Of a stretch of 64,000 nucleotides of DNA, positions 27,836-37,990 are shown in pieces; the first letter of the stretch is position 1, and every line of letters begins with the position of its first letter. The notes below the pieces were generated by a model. It had not been told where the DNA came from, did no database searches, and saw only the letters and a program-made list of their open reading frames with translations. The position numbers and the translations under genes are program-made. Source of the stretch: Thalassobaculaceae bacterium (lineage in GTDB: Bacteria > Pseudomonadota > Alphaproteobacteria > Thalassobaculales > Thalassobaculaceae). The stretch spans positions 1,780,616-1,844,615 of the forward strand of contig OZ245843.1 of assembly GCA_965228875.1 (NCBI GenBank), in the 5' to 3' direction.

Positions 27836-30505
27836 ATGGCGACTCTCACCGGACTGACCCAGGTCGAGGCGGCAAACCGGCGAGCGGCTGTCGGGCCGAA
27901 CCGACTGCCGGAACCGAAGACCGCCGGCCCCCTGGAGTTGTTCGTCCGCCAGTTCCTCAGCCCGTTCATCTACATTCTGATGATCGCCGCGGCGGTCTCC
28001 TTCGCCATCGGCCAGGTTCCCAGCGCAGTCTTCATCGTCGCGGTGCTGCTGATCAACGCGGTCATCGGCACCGTGCAGGAACATGCCGCACAGAAGTCGG
28101 CCTCGGCGCTTCGCCGGATGGTACGGGGGTCCGCCCGAGTGGTCCGCGACGGCAGACCCCGCGTCGTCGACAGCGAGGACGTCGTTCCCGGCGATCTGCT
28201 GCTGCTCACCTCGGGCGACAAGGTGGCGGCCGACGTCCGCCTGACCGATACCCAGGGCCTGACCGTCGACGAGTCGATGCTGACCGGCGAATCCCTTGCC
28301 GTCGCCAAGAACCTCGCCGCCAGTGTTCCCGCCGGCGCCCCGCTAGCCGAACGCACCGATACCTGCTTCGCCGGTACGGTCGTGACCCATGGTCGGGCCG
28401 AGGGCGAAGTCATCGCCACCGGCCTGGCCACGGAACTCGGCTCGATCGCCGGCGAGGTCAGCGCCCGGCGGGTGTCCGAGCCGCCGCTGGTGATCCGGGT
28501 ACGGCGCTTCACCTACCAGGTCGCGGCCGGCATCGCCGTCGCCATTGCGGCCCTGATCGCGCTGATGGTCGCGGTCGGCGGTTACAACCCGTCGGAGATG
28601 GCGCTCATGGCGATCGGCCTCGCCGTCTCCACCATCCCGGAGGGCCTGCCGGCGGCGCTGACCGTGGCCCTGGCCATCGGCATGGACCGGATGGCGAAAC
28701 ACAGCGTCATCATCCGCAAGCTGATCGCGGTCGAGGCGCTCGGGTCCTGCACCTTCATCTGCTCGGACAAGACCGGCACCCTGACGGTCAACGAACTGAC
28801 GGCGCGCCAGATCGTGATGCCCGACGGCACCGCCTTCGAGGTGACCGGCGCGGGCATCGGCCCCGGAACGATCGAGGACGAGGGCGAGGGTGAGGGCGAC
28901 GGCAACGGCGGCGGCCCGGCACCGTCGGTGACCGACCACCTGGAACGCCTGCGCGATCTCTGCACCACCGGTGTCCTGGCGAACGAGAGCCACCTCGACT
29001 ACGCCGGCAAGGACTGGGAGTCCGACGGCGACATCGTCGACGTGGCGTTCCTGGTCCTGGCCAAGAAGCTCGGCCTGTCGCTGAGTGCGCTGCGTTCCGA
29101 GCACAGCCAGCTCGAACTGGTTCCCTACGAGTCCGAGCGGGCGCTGTCGGGCAGCCTCATCCGCCGCGCCGACCGCCACGTCCTCCACGTCAAGGGCAGC
29201 CCCGAGAAACTGGTCGCCATGTCGACCCACATGCTGACCTCCGACGGGCGGGTGCCGATCGACCGGCCCGCGGTGGAGGCCCGGTTCGAGACCCTGGCGC
29301 GGGACGGCTACCGGGTGATCGCGCTCGCCCACCGCGAACTGCCCCAGCCCGGCCCGGCGCTGCATGCCATGGAAGAAATGACCCTGCTCGGCCTGGTGGC
29401 GATGATCGACCCGATCCGGCCCGAAGCGAGGGAGGCGGTCGACCGCTGCCGCGCCGGCGGCATCCAGGTGGCGATGATCACCGGCGACCATCCGGCCACG
29501 GCGCACGCCATCGCCCGCGATCTGGACATCGCCAGGCCGCACGAAGCCGTCGTCACCGGCGCCGCCCTACGCGACGCCGACTCCCGGGGCCGGGAGGCGG
29601 TCGACGCCCTGGTACGCGACGCCCGCGTCTTCGCGCGCATCGAACCGCTGCAGAAGCAGCAGATCGTCGAGTCGCTGATGCGGGCCGGTCATTTCGTGGC
29701 GGTGACCGGTGACGGCGTGAACGACGCGCCGGCCATGCACCGGGCCAATGTCGGCATCGCCATGGGCAAGCGCGGCACCGACGTCGCCAAAGAGGCCGCC
29801 GACCTGATCATTACCGACGACCGGTTCGCCTCCATCGTCGACGGCGTCGAGCAGGGCCGCGTGGTCTACAACAACATCCGCAAGGTGGTCGCCCTGCTGG
29901 TCGCCACCGGGTTCTCGGCCCTGCTGCTGTTCTTCCTGACCGTGCTGACAGGCCTGCCGATGCCGCTGACGGCGGTGCAGCTTCTATGGCTCAACCTGGT
30001 CGCGAACGGCCTGCAGGACGTGGCCCTGGCATTCGAGCCGAAGGAGGGCGGCGAACTCGCCCAGAAGCCAAGACGTCCCGGCGAACCGATCTTCGAGCGA
30101 CGGATCGTGGAGCATGTGCTGGTCATCGGCGGCGCCATGGGGGCGCTGGCCTACGGCACGTTCCACACCCTGCTGACCCTGGGATACGACATCGACATGG
30201 CGCGGAACCTGACGCTCATGCTGATGGTGCTGTTCGGCAACATCCATGCCCTAAGCAGCCGCTCGGAGACCCGCTCGATCTTCCGCATCCCGCTGCTCTC
30301 CAATCCGTTCCTCGTGTTGGCCGTCCCGATCGCCCAGCTCGTCCACATCGGCTCGATGTACGTGCCGGGGCTGAACGGCGTGCTGGCGATCCAGCCGATC
30401 GGCCTGGACGAATGGTCGGCCATGCTGGCGGTGGCGCTGATCCTCCTGGGACTGGAGGAGGCGCACAAGGCCTGGCACCGGCGGGCGGGTCAGACCGCCC
30501 CGTAG
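27836..30505 (+). CDS. P-type cation-transporting ATPase (type II, Ca2+-like)
   Basis: LTGES, IPEGLP, CSDKTGTLT, KGSPE, MITGDH, TGDGVNDAPA, QLLWLNLV. Confidence 0.96.
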   Translation: MATLTGLTQVEAANRRAAVGPNRLPEPKTAGPLELFVRQFLSPFIYILMIAAAVSFAIGQVPSAVFIVAVLLINAVIGTVQEHAAQKSASALRRMVRGSARVVRDGRPRVVDSEDVVPGDLLLLTSGDKVAADVRLTDTQGLTVDESMLTGESLAVAKNLAASVPAGAPLAERTDTCFAGTVVTHGRAEGEVIATGLATELGSIAGEVSARRVSEPPLVIRVRRFTYQVAAGIAVAIAALIALMVAVGGYNPSEMALMAIGLAVSTIPEGLPAALTVALAIGMDRMAKHSVIIRKLIAVEALGSCTFICSDKTGTLTVNELTARQIVMPDGTAFEVTGAGIGPGTIEDEGEGEGDGNGGGPAPSVTDHLERLRDLCTTGVLANESHLDYAGKDWESDGDIVDVAFLVLAKKLGLSLSALRSEHSQLELVPYESERALSGSLIRRADRHVLHVKGSPEKLVAMSTHMLTSDGRVPIDRPAVEARFETLARDGYRVIALAHRELPQPGPALHAMEEMTLLGLVAMIDPIRPEAREAVDRCRAGGIQVAMITGDHPATAHAIARDLDIARPHEAVVTGAALRDADSRGREAVDALVRDARVFARIEPLQKQQIVESLMRAGHFVAVTGDGVNDAPAMHRANVGIAMGKRGTDVAKEAADLIITDDRFASIVDGVEQGRVVYNNIRKVVALLVATGFSALLLFFLTVLTGLPMPLTAVQLLWLNLVANGLQDVALAFEPKEGGELAQKPRRPGEPIFERRIVEHVLVIGGAMGALAYGTFHTLLTLGYDIDMARNLTLMLMVLFGNIHALSSRSETRSIFRIPLLSNPFLVLAVPIAQLVHIGSMYVPGLNGVLAIQPIGLDEWSAMLAVALILLGLEEAHKAWHRRAGQTAP

Positions 30506-32079
30506 CCGCCACCGCCGGAGGACTCGGCGATCACACGGTCGCCCCGGGCAAGGCGCAGGTTGGTCTTGCCGGGCAGTTCCCTCTCCTCGCCGTCGGCACG
30601 GACCAGGACGATGCGGTACGGCGCGCCGGTCTCCCCACCGTCGAGACCGTAGGGCGGCACCACCATCCGCTCGCACATGGTCGTCAGGGTGAGACCGTCG
30701 ACCCTCGCCCGGTACACCCGCCGCATGCCGTCGCCGCCCACATGCCGGCCCGCGCCGCCGGTGCCGCGCCTGACCTCCTGGCGCTCGACCCGGATCGGGT
30801 ACTCGGCCTCGACCACCTCCGCCGGCGTGCCCATGACGTTGGCCATGTGCGCCCGGATCGCCGGCATGCCGTCGCGGTCGGCGCGCGCGCCCTCGCCGCC
30901 GCCATGGACCTCGTAGAAGGTGGTCCAGGTGCCGTCTTCGCGGTGGCCGCCGAAGATCAGCAGGCCCGCCGTGGTCGGCCCGCCGGCGCTGAGCCGCTCG
31001 GGCGCGAACTTCGCGAAGGCCAGGAACACCGCGTCGGCCACCCGCTGGGCGGTTTCGTGGTTGCCGCCGACCACCGGCTTGTCCGCCCCCGCGTCCAGGA
31101 TAGACCCCGGCCGGGTGACGATCCTGAGCGGCCGGTAGCAACCGGCGCTCGGCTGGATCTCCGGGCCGCAGACCGCCTTCATGACGTAGTAGACCGAGGC
31201 GGCCGTGATGAACCGGGTGGTGTTGATCGGCCCCGGCACGGCATCGCCGGACGCCGAGAAATCGTACACCGCCGCGTCGCCGTCGATGGTCAGGGTGACG
31301 CGCACCGGTGTCGGCGGCCCGCCATGGCCGTCGTCGTCCATGAAGTCCTCGCCGGTGTACACCCCGTCCGGCAGCGCGCGGATCGCCGCCCGCATCTGCC
31401 GTTCGGCGCGGTCGTGCAGCGCGGCGAACGCGTCCTCGACCGTCTGCGGGCCGTAGCGATCGAACAGCTCGACGAAGCGCCTCTCGGCGGCGCGGGTGGC
31501 CGCGACCTGGGCCAGGATGTCGCCGCGCCGCTCCTCCGGCCCGCGCACATTGGCGAGGATCACGGCCAGCTTCTCCTCGTCGGGGCCGTCGGCGGTGACG
31601 ATCCTGAGCGGCGGAATGCGCAGCCCCTCCTGCCAGGCGTCATAGGCGGCGGCATAGTAGCTGCCGGGCGCGGCGCCACCGACATCGGCCCAGTGCGCAA
31701 GGCTGACAGCGAAGGCGACGACCCGGTCGCTCCCCTTGCCGTCCTTGCAGAACACCGGGCGGATCGCCTTGACGTCGGGCAGGTGGTTGCCGCCGACCGA
31801 CGGCAGGTTAAGCAGCCACACATCGCCCGGCTGCAACCGATCGCGCGGCACGTGTTTAAGGAACTCCTGCACCGTGAAGCTCATGACGCCCATGTGCATG
31901 GGGATGTCCTGGCCCTGGGCGATGAGCAACCCGTCCCGGTCCGTCAGCGCCGAAGACAGGTCGCCCGCCTCGCGCAGCAGCGGCGAGCGGGCCGATCGCA
32001 TGACCACCAGCGACATCTCCTCGGCGATGGCCGAGAGCCCGTTGCGGATCACCTCGAGGGTGAACGGATCGACAGTCAT
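30490..32079 (-). CDS. Hydantoinase B/oxoprolinase family subunit
   Basis: IAEEMSLVVMRSARS, GGNHLPD, HWADVGG, GGGEGA, EVVEAEYP, GGGGYG. Confidence 0.93.
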   Translation of the reverse strand: MTVDPFTLEVIRNGLSAIAEEMSLVVMRSARSPLLREAGDLSSALTDRDGLLIAQGQDIPMHMGVMSFTVQEFLKHVPRDRLQPGDVWLLNLPSVGGNHLPDVKAIRPVFCKDGKGSDRVVAFAVSLAHWADVGGAAPGSYYAAAYDAWQEGLRIPPLRIVTADGPDEEKLAVILANVRGPEERRGDILAQVAATRAAERRFVELFDRYGPQTVEDAFAALHDRAERQMRAAIRALPDGVYTGEDFMDDDGHGGPPTPVRVTLTIDGDAAVYDFSASGDAVPGPINTTRFITAASVYYVMKAVCGPEIQPSAGCYRPLRIVTRPGSILDAGADKPVVGGNHETAQRVADAVFLAFAKFAPERLSAGGPTTAGLLIFGGHREDGTWTTFYEVHGGGEGARADRDGMPAIRAHMANVMGTPAEVVEAEYPIRVERQEVRRGTGGAGRHVGGDGMRRVYRARVDGLTLTTMCERMVVPPYGLDGGETGAPYRIVLVRADGEERELPGKTNLRLARGDRVIAESSGGGGYGAV

Positions 32080-34115
32080 GACGGCGTCGCTCCCTCGATC
32101 TGTGCCACCTCGATGTGCAGGTGACCGATGCCGTCGACCCGGAAGCGGTCCGACGGCGGCACGACAATGGTCGACCATTCGTCCTCGATGACCGCCGGTC
32201 CCGGTCGCCAGTCACCGGCGGCGAGCGCGTCGCGGGCAAGGCACGGCACGTCGACCGCACCTCCTTCCTCGAACAGACAGCGCCGATGGCGGTCTCCGGC
32301 CGGTCGTGTCTCGACCTGCGGCGCGACCGTCGCCGGCTCCGGACCAGAGACCGTCACCCGCAGGGCGGTCAGGTCCCAGGGCTCGTCGGTGCAGAATCCG
32401 TACAGCGCCTCGTGGCGGGTCCGGAACGCGCGGCCAAGCGCCGCCGCGTCGTCCAGGTCCGGCGCGACGATCTCGATGGCGTCGCTCTGACCGCGATAGC
32501 GCAGCGAGGCCACCACCTCGACCGAGAGCGCGCCGTCGGTGGCCTCGGCATCCTCGCTGCGGAGTTCCGCCGTCAGTTCGGCGATCAGGTCGTCTCTCGC
32601 ACCTCTGGCCGCCGCGGCGTCCCAGGCGTCGCCGGCCAGGCCGACCGTCCGCTGACGGCCGTAGCGCATCCGCGCCGAAACGCAGCCAAGCGCCGAGAAC
32701 CCGCTCGACAGGGCCGGCACCACCACCGTGCGGATGCCATACGCCCGGGCCACCTCGACGGCGTGCATCGGTCCGGCCCCACCGAACGCGATGAGCGGAC
32801 AACGGCGCCCATCCACGCCCCGCTCGACCGTGATCCGACGCAGGGCCCGAACCATGTTGGCGTGGGTCACGCGGGCGATTCCGAGCGCCGCCTCCTCCAC
32901 CGACACGCCGGCCAATTCGGCGATCGGCCGCACCGCCGTCTCCGCCCGGGCGCGGTCGAGGGTCACGGCGTTGCCGAGCCTGCGGCCCGGTTCGAGATAC
33001 CCCAGGATGAGGTCGGCGTCGCTGACCGTCGCCTCGGTCCCGCCGCGGCCGTAACACGCGGGTCCGGGGTCGGCCCCGGCGCTCTGCGGGCCGACGAGCA
33101 GGGCGCCGCTGTCGAGCCGGGCGATGGATCCGCCGCCGGCACCGATCGACTCGACGGCCAGGATCGGCAACCGGATACGGTAGCGGCCGAGGCGGTGGTC
33201 CGAGCGAACCTGCGCCGCGCCGTCGGCGACCAGGCAGACATCGGTCGTCGTCCCGCCCATGTCGAAGGTCAGCGCCTCCTCCGCGCCGATCTGCGCGGCG
33301 ATCCGGGCGGAGGCGGCCACCCCCGCCGCCGGACCAGACATCGCCAGCATCAGCGGATGACCGCTCACCGCCCCGATTCCCGCCATGCCCCCGGCGGAGT
33401 GGAAGAAATGGAACCGCGAGCCGGCCGGCCGTCGCGCCCCGATCTGTGCCAGATAGTCCTGGACGCGACGCATGACGGCGGCACTCAGCACCGTGGTGTT
33501 CATCCGCTCGTATTCACGCTGCTCCGGGCTGATCCGATGCGACAGCACGACCCTCGGCAGCCGCCGGCGCAGCCGTTCGCCGAGAAGGATCTCATGCGCC
33601 GGGTTTCGATAGGCGTGCAGCAGGCAGACCGCGACCGACTCCGCACCGCTGGCCGCCACCGCATCGGTGATCCTGTCGGCCTCGGTCTCGGTGAGCGCCA
33701 GATCGACCGTCCCGTCATGCAGCATCCGCTCGGCAACCGGGAACCGAAGCGCCTCGGGGACCAGGGCCGGCGGCTTCGGAAGCAGATCCAGGCGGTAGAG
33801 GTTGTCGCGGGACATCCGGCCGATATCGAGGGTATCGGTGAAGCCCTCGGTCGCCACGAGAGCGGTTTCCGAAAACCGCGATTCGACGATGTCGTTGGTC
33901 ACCATCGTCGTCCCATGGACCAGCTCGGCGACCGCTTCCCAGGTCAGATCGACGGCCGCCAGACCGGCGATCAGGGCAGAGACCGGATCCCCCGGCACGC
34001 TCGGAACCTTCGCGGCCCGCACGGCGCCGCCCCGGTCGCCCGCCGCGGCGTCGACGGCAACGACGTCCGTGAAGGTGCCCCCGATATCGATCCCCACACG
34101 CCAGACCGGCTCCAT
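32076..34115 (-). CDS. Hydantoinase A/oxoprolinase family subunit
   Basis: GIDIGGTFTD, HGTT, SGPAAGV, DMGGTTTD, IGAGGGSI, GPQSAGADPGPACYG, FGGAGPMH; exact start uncertain (34115-34127). Confidence 0.93.
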   Translation of the reverse strand: MEPVWRVGIDIGGTFTDVVAVDAAAGDRGGAVRAAKVPSVPGDPVSALIAGLAAVDLTWEAVAELVHGTTMVTNDIVESRFSETALVATEGFTDTLDIGRMSRDNLYRLDLLPKPPALVPEALRFPVAERMLHDGTVDLALTETEADRITDAVAASGAESVAVCLLHAYRNPAHEILLGERLRRRLPRVVLSHRISPEQREYERMNTTVLSAAVMRRVQDYLAQIGARRPAGSRFHFFHSAGGMAGIGAVSGHPLMLAMSGPAAGVAASARIAAQIGAEEALTFDMGGTTTDVCLVADGAAQVRSDHRLGRYRIRLPILAVESIGAGGGSIARLDSGALLVGPQSAGADPGPACYGRGGTEATVSDADLILGYLEPGRRLGNAVTLDRARAETAVRPIAELAGVSVEEAALGIARVTHANMVRALRRITVERGVDGRRCPLIAFGGAGPMHAVEVARAYGIRTVVVPALSSGFSALGCVSARMRYGRQRTVGLAGDAWDAAAARGARDDLIAELTAELRSEDAEATDGALSVEVVASLRYRGQSDAIEIVAPDLDDAAALGRAFRTRHEALYGFCTDEPWDLTALRVTVSGPEPATVAPQVETRPAGDRHRRCLFEEGGAVDVPCLARDALAAGDWRPGPAVIEDEWSTIVVPPSDRFRVDGIGHLHIEVAQIEGATPS

Positions 34116-34183
34116 CGCCATCCTCATCACCCATTCGCCCGTCGAACCGAGCACCCTCGGACCCGACCGGGCACAGCCTTCAG

Positions 34184-34245
34184 TTTCCGGTTTTCGAAAA
34201 ATATTGCACCGCAAAATTCTAGAGATGCCGGTCCTCGTCGGTCAA
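34184..34245 (-). promoter_or_regulatory. Sigma70-type promoter plus candidate IclR operator for the hydantoinase genes
   Basis: Minus strand TTGACC (34245-34240), 18 nt, TAGAAT (34221-34216); downstream TTTCCGGTTTTCGAAAA (34184-34200) resembles the palindrome at 35081-35100. Confidence 0.55.
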
Positions 34246-34258
34246 CACGCCGTCTGCG

Positions 34259-35023
34259 TCAGGCCGCCATCTCGGTCGCGCGGGCGCACATCTGTTCGGC
34301 GGTGCGGACGATTGCGCGGCGGACGTCGGCGGTCGGAACCTGGCGCATCCGCTCGGCGAAACCCACGATGCCCAAGGCGTAGAACACGTGACGGCCGTCG
34401 AGCTTCAGCGGACAGGCATAGCTCAGAGCGCCCACATCCATCTCGTTGTCGCAGACCGCGAAACCGGCCTCCCGCACCTCGGCGAGTTGGGCGCGCAGGA
34501 CGGACTCGTCGACGCAGGTGTTCTCGGTAAACCGGACTCTGGGCTCGGCGAGGATCCGGTCGATGAACTCGGCATCCTGGTTGGCCAGGATGACCTTGCC
34601 CGTCGCGGTGGCGTGCATCGGCCACTCCCGGCCCGGATGGATGTACGACCGGAACTCGCCCATCGGCTGCTCCAGGGTCACCGTCTCGACCACGGTGCCG
34701 GCCAGCCGGGCGATGAACACGGTCTCTCCGAACTCCGCCACCAGTTCGCGCAGGAACGGCCGGGCGACAGTGACAACCGCTTTCGGGACCGAGGCGACAT
34801 GCAGCATGCGCAGCAGCCGCGGACCGAGAACGTAGGAGCGGCTGCCCACCGCCTGATCCAACAGTCCGACGTCGCGCAGGGAGTTCACCAGACGGTGGGC
34901 GGTGCCGACCTGAAGCCCCGCGGACCGGGCGATATTGCTCAGCGTCATTCCCTCGCCCGATGCGGCCACGGTCTCCAGGATCCGGGCATAGCGACTCAAC
35001 GGCTTGTCGGGCTTCCCGCTCAT
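34259..35023 (-). CDS. IclR family transcriptional regulator
   Basis: N-terminal HTH (MTLSNIARSAGLQVGTAHRLVNSL, YVLGPRL), PMHATATGKVILA, VREAGFA. Confidence 0.93.
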   Translation of the reverse strand: MSGKPDKPLSRYARILETVAASGEGMTLSNIARSAGLQVGTAHRLVNSLRDVGLLDQAVGSRSYVLGPRLLRMLHVASVPKAVVTVARPFLRELVAEFGETVFIARLAGTVVETVTLEQPMGEFRSYIHPGREWPMHATATGKVILANQDAEFIDRILAEPRVRFTENTCVDESVLRAQLAEVREAGFAVCDNEMDVGALSYACPLKLDGRHVFYALGIVGFAERMRQVPTADVRRAIVRTAEQMCARATEMAA

Positions 35024-35054
35024 CGCCCTCCTCCTCTCGGCGCCCGAAGTGCAA

Positions 35055-35100
35055 TTGACAGGGTCACGATCGTCGCCTTACGGTTTCCGGAAACCGGAAT
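35055..35100 (+). promoter_or_regulatory. Promoter with palindromic operator for the ABC operon
   Basis: TTGACA at 35055; perfect palindrome CGGTTTCCGGAAACCG at 35081-35096 overlaps the -10 region. Confidence 0.6.
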
Positions 35101-35224
35101 ACAATCGCACATCGCAAGCGCGAAACAAAAGCCGGAACAGACCCCCGCGAGGGGTGAACGGGTATCGAGGGAGGATGGGAGACCGGGCACGCCGCACGCG
35201 GCGTGAGGATAGGGGGACTGTCGC

Positions 35225-35956
35225 TTGACCACGGCTTCACCGATTTTCGAGGTGGAAGACGCATCGCTCGCCTTCGGCGGGAACAAGGCCCTCGACTCCG
35301 TCTCCTTCTCCATGGCCGCCGGCGAACTGATCGGCCTCATCGGCCCCAACGGATCCGGCAAGACCACGCTGCTCAACGCCGTCGGCTCGATCTATCCGCT
35401 GTCCGGCGGAAGGATCTCATTCGAGGGCCGGCGCATCGACGCCCTGTCGATGCATCAGGTGACCCGCGCCGGCATCGGCCGCATGTTCCAGGCGCCGCGC
35501 GTCTTCCCGCACATGACCTGCATGGAGAACCTGCTGGCCGCCGGCTTCGCCGTCCGCGCCGACGGCGAGAGCCGCGAGGCGCTGATCCAGCGCGGCGAGG
35601 AACTGCTGACCTCGCTGACCATCGACGGTTTCCGAGACACCGTCGCCGGTTCCATGTCGGGCGGCCAGCGGATGCTGCTCCAGTTCGCCCGTACCCTGAT
35701 GCTGCGCCCGCGCCTGTTGCTGCTGGACGAGCCGTTCGGCGGCGTCCACCCCAAGCTGATCGAGGTCATGCTGGAGCGTATCCGCAGTCTGCATGCCGAC
35801 GGGCTGTCGATCATCATGGTCAGCCACGATCTGCCGACGATCATGAGCCTGTCCCAACGCATCATAACGCTGGCCAACGGCCGGCTGATCGCCGACGGCA
35901 CCCCTCAGGAGGTGCGCGAGGACCCGGGCGTGATCGACGCCTATCTGGGGGGCTGA
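35225..35956 (+). CDS. HAAT-type ABC ATPase (LivG-like)
   Basis: GPNGSGKTT, MSGGQ, LLLDEPFGG, VIDAYLG. Confidence 0.93.
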   Translation: MTTASPIFEVEDASLAFGGNKALDSVSFSMAAGELIGLIGPNGSGKTTLLNAVGSIYPLSGGRISFEGRRIDALSMHQVTRAGIGRMFQAPRVFPHMTCMENLLAAGFAVRADGESREALIQRGEELLTSLTIDGFRDTVAGSMSGGQRMLLQFARTLMLRPRLLLLDEPFGGVHPKLIEVMLERIRSLHADGLSIIMVSHDLPTIMSLSQRIITLANGRLIADGTPQEVREDPGVIDAYLGG

Positions 35957-35959
35957 GAC

Positions 35960-36673
35960 ATGCTGGTCGTCGAGAACATCACCGCGGGCTACGTGGAGGA
36001 TGTCGACATCCTCCGGGACGTGTCGCTGGAGGTCGAGACCGGCAGGATCTCGTCAATCATCGGGCCGAACGGATCGGGAAAATCGACTCTGGTGCGGGTG
36101 ATCTGCGGCCTGCTTCCGGCGCGCCGCGGCGAGGTCCGCTACGGCGACACCAGGCTGACCGGAGTGCCCGCCCACCGGATGGCCGAGCTCGGCATCGCCT
36201 ATCTGCCGCAGGAACGCACGATCTTCCCGCACCTGACCGTGCAGCAGAACATTGAGCTCGGCGGCTGGACCTTTCGCCGGAACGGGCCGCGCGTCGGCCG
36301 GATGCTCGCCAGGGTCTACGAACAGTTTCCGATCCTGGCGGAACGCAAGGGCATCAAGGGCGGCGATCTGTCGGGCGGCCAGCAGAAGATCCTGGAGATC
36401 GCCCGCGCGCTGATGATCGAGCCGGAACTGCTGGTGTTCGACGAGCCCACGGTCGGGCTCGCACCGATCATCGCCAAGGAAGTCTATGACACGCTCGAAC
36501 GGCTGAAGGCCGAGGGCATGACGGTGCTGCTGGTGGATCAGAACGTCCGCGAGGCAGTGCGTATCGGCGACCACGTGTACGTCCTCGAACTCGGCAGGAA
36601 CAAGGCCGACGGGGCGCGCGACGCATTCGCAGGGGACCTCCACGCCCTGATCAAGGACTGGCTGCAGATCTGA
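35960..36673 (+). CDS. HAAT-type ABC ATPase (LivF-like)
   Basis: GPNGSGKST, LSGGQQK, FDEPTVGLAP. Confidence 0.93.
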   Translation: MLVVENITAGYVEDVDILRDVSLEVETGRISSIIGPNGSGKSTLVRVICGLLPARRGEVRYGDTRLTGVPAHRMAELGIAYLPQERTIFPHLTVQQNIELGGWTFRRNGPRVGRMLARVYEQFPILAERKGIKGGDLSGGQQKILEIARALMIEPELLVFDEPTVGLAPIIAKEVYDTLERLKAEGMTVLLVDQNVREAVRIGDHVYVLELGRNKADGARDAFAGDLHALIKDWLQI

Positions 36674-36711
36674 GACGGGCGTGGTCGGAAAGCAACATTG
36701 GAGGCTTCATC

Positions 36712-37926
36712 ATGACTGCAAGGACGACAAGACTTCTCGCCGGTCTGCCGCTGCTGGCGGCGCTGGCGATGGCCGGCCCCGCGGCCGGCGCGGACACCAT
36801 CAAGGTCGGCGGCCTGGCGCCGCTGTCCTCGCCCGGCGCCTACCAGCAGGGCAAGGAACTCGTTCTCGGGCTGCAATGGGCCGTGGATGACTTCAACGCC
36901 GCCGGCGGCCTCGACGGCAAGATGGTCGAGCTGCTGGTCGAAGACACCCAGGGCAAGCCGCCGGTCGGCGCCACCGCCGCGGAGAAGCTGATCACCAGCG
37001 AGGGCGTGGTCGGCCTCGCCGGCGAGTACCATTCTTCCGTCTGCTCGGCCGAGATCGAGGTGGCCAAGCAGCACGGCAAGCCGTTCGTCATCGCGTCGTG
37101 CTGGTCGGACAACCTGACCGAGGCCGGCTACGCCGAGGTGTTCCGCACCAGCGTCTACTCCTCCAAGCTGGCGGAGAACATGGTTGGCCTCGCCGCCGAA
37201 GCGGGCCTGAAGAAGGTCGCCGCCATCGTCGAGGATTCCGACTACGGCGTGGGCATCGCCAAGAACATCGAGGGCGCGATCGCCAAGCTCGGCGTCGACA
37301 TCGACTTCTCCTACGAGGTGGTCGAGAAGACCGGTAAGGATTTCGTGCCGGTCCTTCTCAAGTACAAGACCCAGGTCAAGCCGGAGATGATCATCTCCGC
37401 CGTCACCCAGCCCGGCGGCTTCCTGGTGCTCAAGCAGGCGCACGAGATCGGCTTCGCGCCGTCCTCCGACACCCTGTTCCTGGACGCCACCTGCACCTCG
37501 CAGAACGACGTGGTGTTCTGGGAGGCGGTGAAGGGCGCCGGCAAGAACGTCCTGCTGTCCTGCCCGTTCAGCCCGAGCGTCAAGCTCACCCCGCTCGGCG
37601 AGACGATCAAGGCGCGCTACATCAAGGAGTTCGACCGCGAGCCCAACTACGTGGTGCTGCAGGGCTACGACAGCATGCAGGCGCTGCTCGAGGGCATGAA
37701 GGCGGCCGGCTCCACCGAAGGCCCGAAGATCGTCGAGGCGCTGAAGACCCTCTCCTTCGACGGCTCGCGCGGCCCGGTCAAGTTCGAGACCGGCCCCGGC
37801 GTGTGGACCCAGCAGTGGAAGGACGTCCCGACCTTCATCTTCCAGTACACGGAGGTCGATCAGGCCGCGGGCGACGCCTCGGTTCTGTACCCGCCGGCGT
37901 TCAAGACGGCCGACATCCAGAAGTAA
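36712..37926 (+). CDS. HAAT-type ABC substrate-binding protein
   Basis: Signal peptide (...PAAGA), IKVGGLAPLS, NAAGGLDGK, GEYHSSV, QGYD. Confidence 0.92.
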   Translation: MTARTTRLLAGLPLLAALAMAGPAAGADTIKVGGLAPLSSPGAYQQGKELVLGLQWAVDDFNAAGGLDGKMVELLVEDTQGKPPVGATAAEKLITSEGVVGLAGEYHSSVCSAEIEVAKQHGKPFVIASCWSDNLTEAGYAEVFRTSVYSSKLAENMVGLAAEAGLKKVAAIVEDSDYGVGIAKNIEGAIAKLGVDIDFSYEVVEKTGKDFVPVLLKYKTQVKPEMIISAVTQPGGFLVLKQAHEIGFAPSSDTLFLDATCTSQNDVVFWEAVKGAGKNVLLSCPFSPSVKLTPLGETIKARYIKEFDREPNYVVLQGYDSMQALLEGMKAAGSTEGPKIVEALKTLSFDGSRGPVKFETGPGVWTQQWKDVPTFIFQYTEVDQAAGDASVLYPPAFKTADIQK

Positions 37927-37990
37927 CGCCCCATCCTCACGTGCCGGCATGGCGGTCCAGGCCGCCATGCCGCCTCCCAGGGAGTGCCCC

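Noticed and set aside
30490..30505. 16-bp convergent overlap between the P-type ATPase and hydantoinase B
   Set aside because: Short 3' overlaps are common; both genes look complete.
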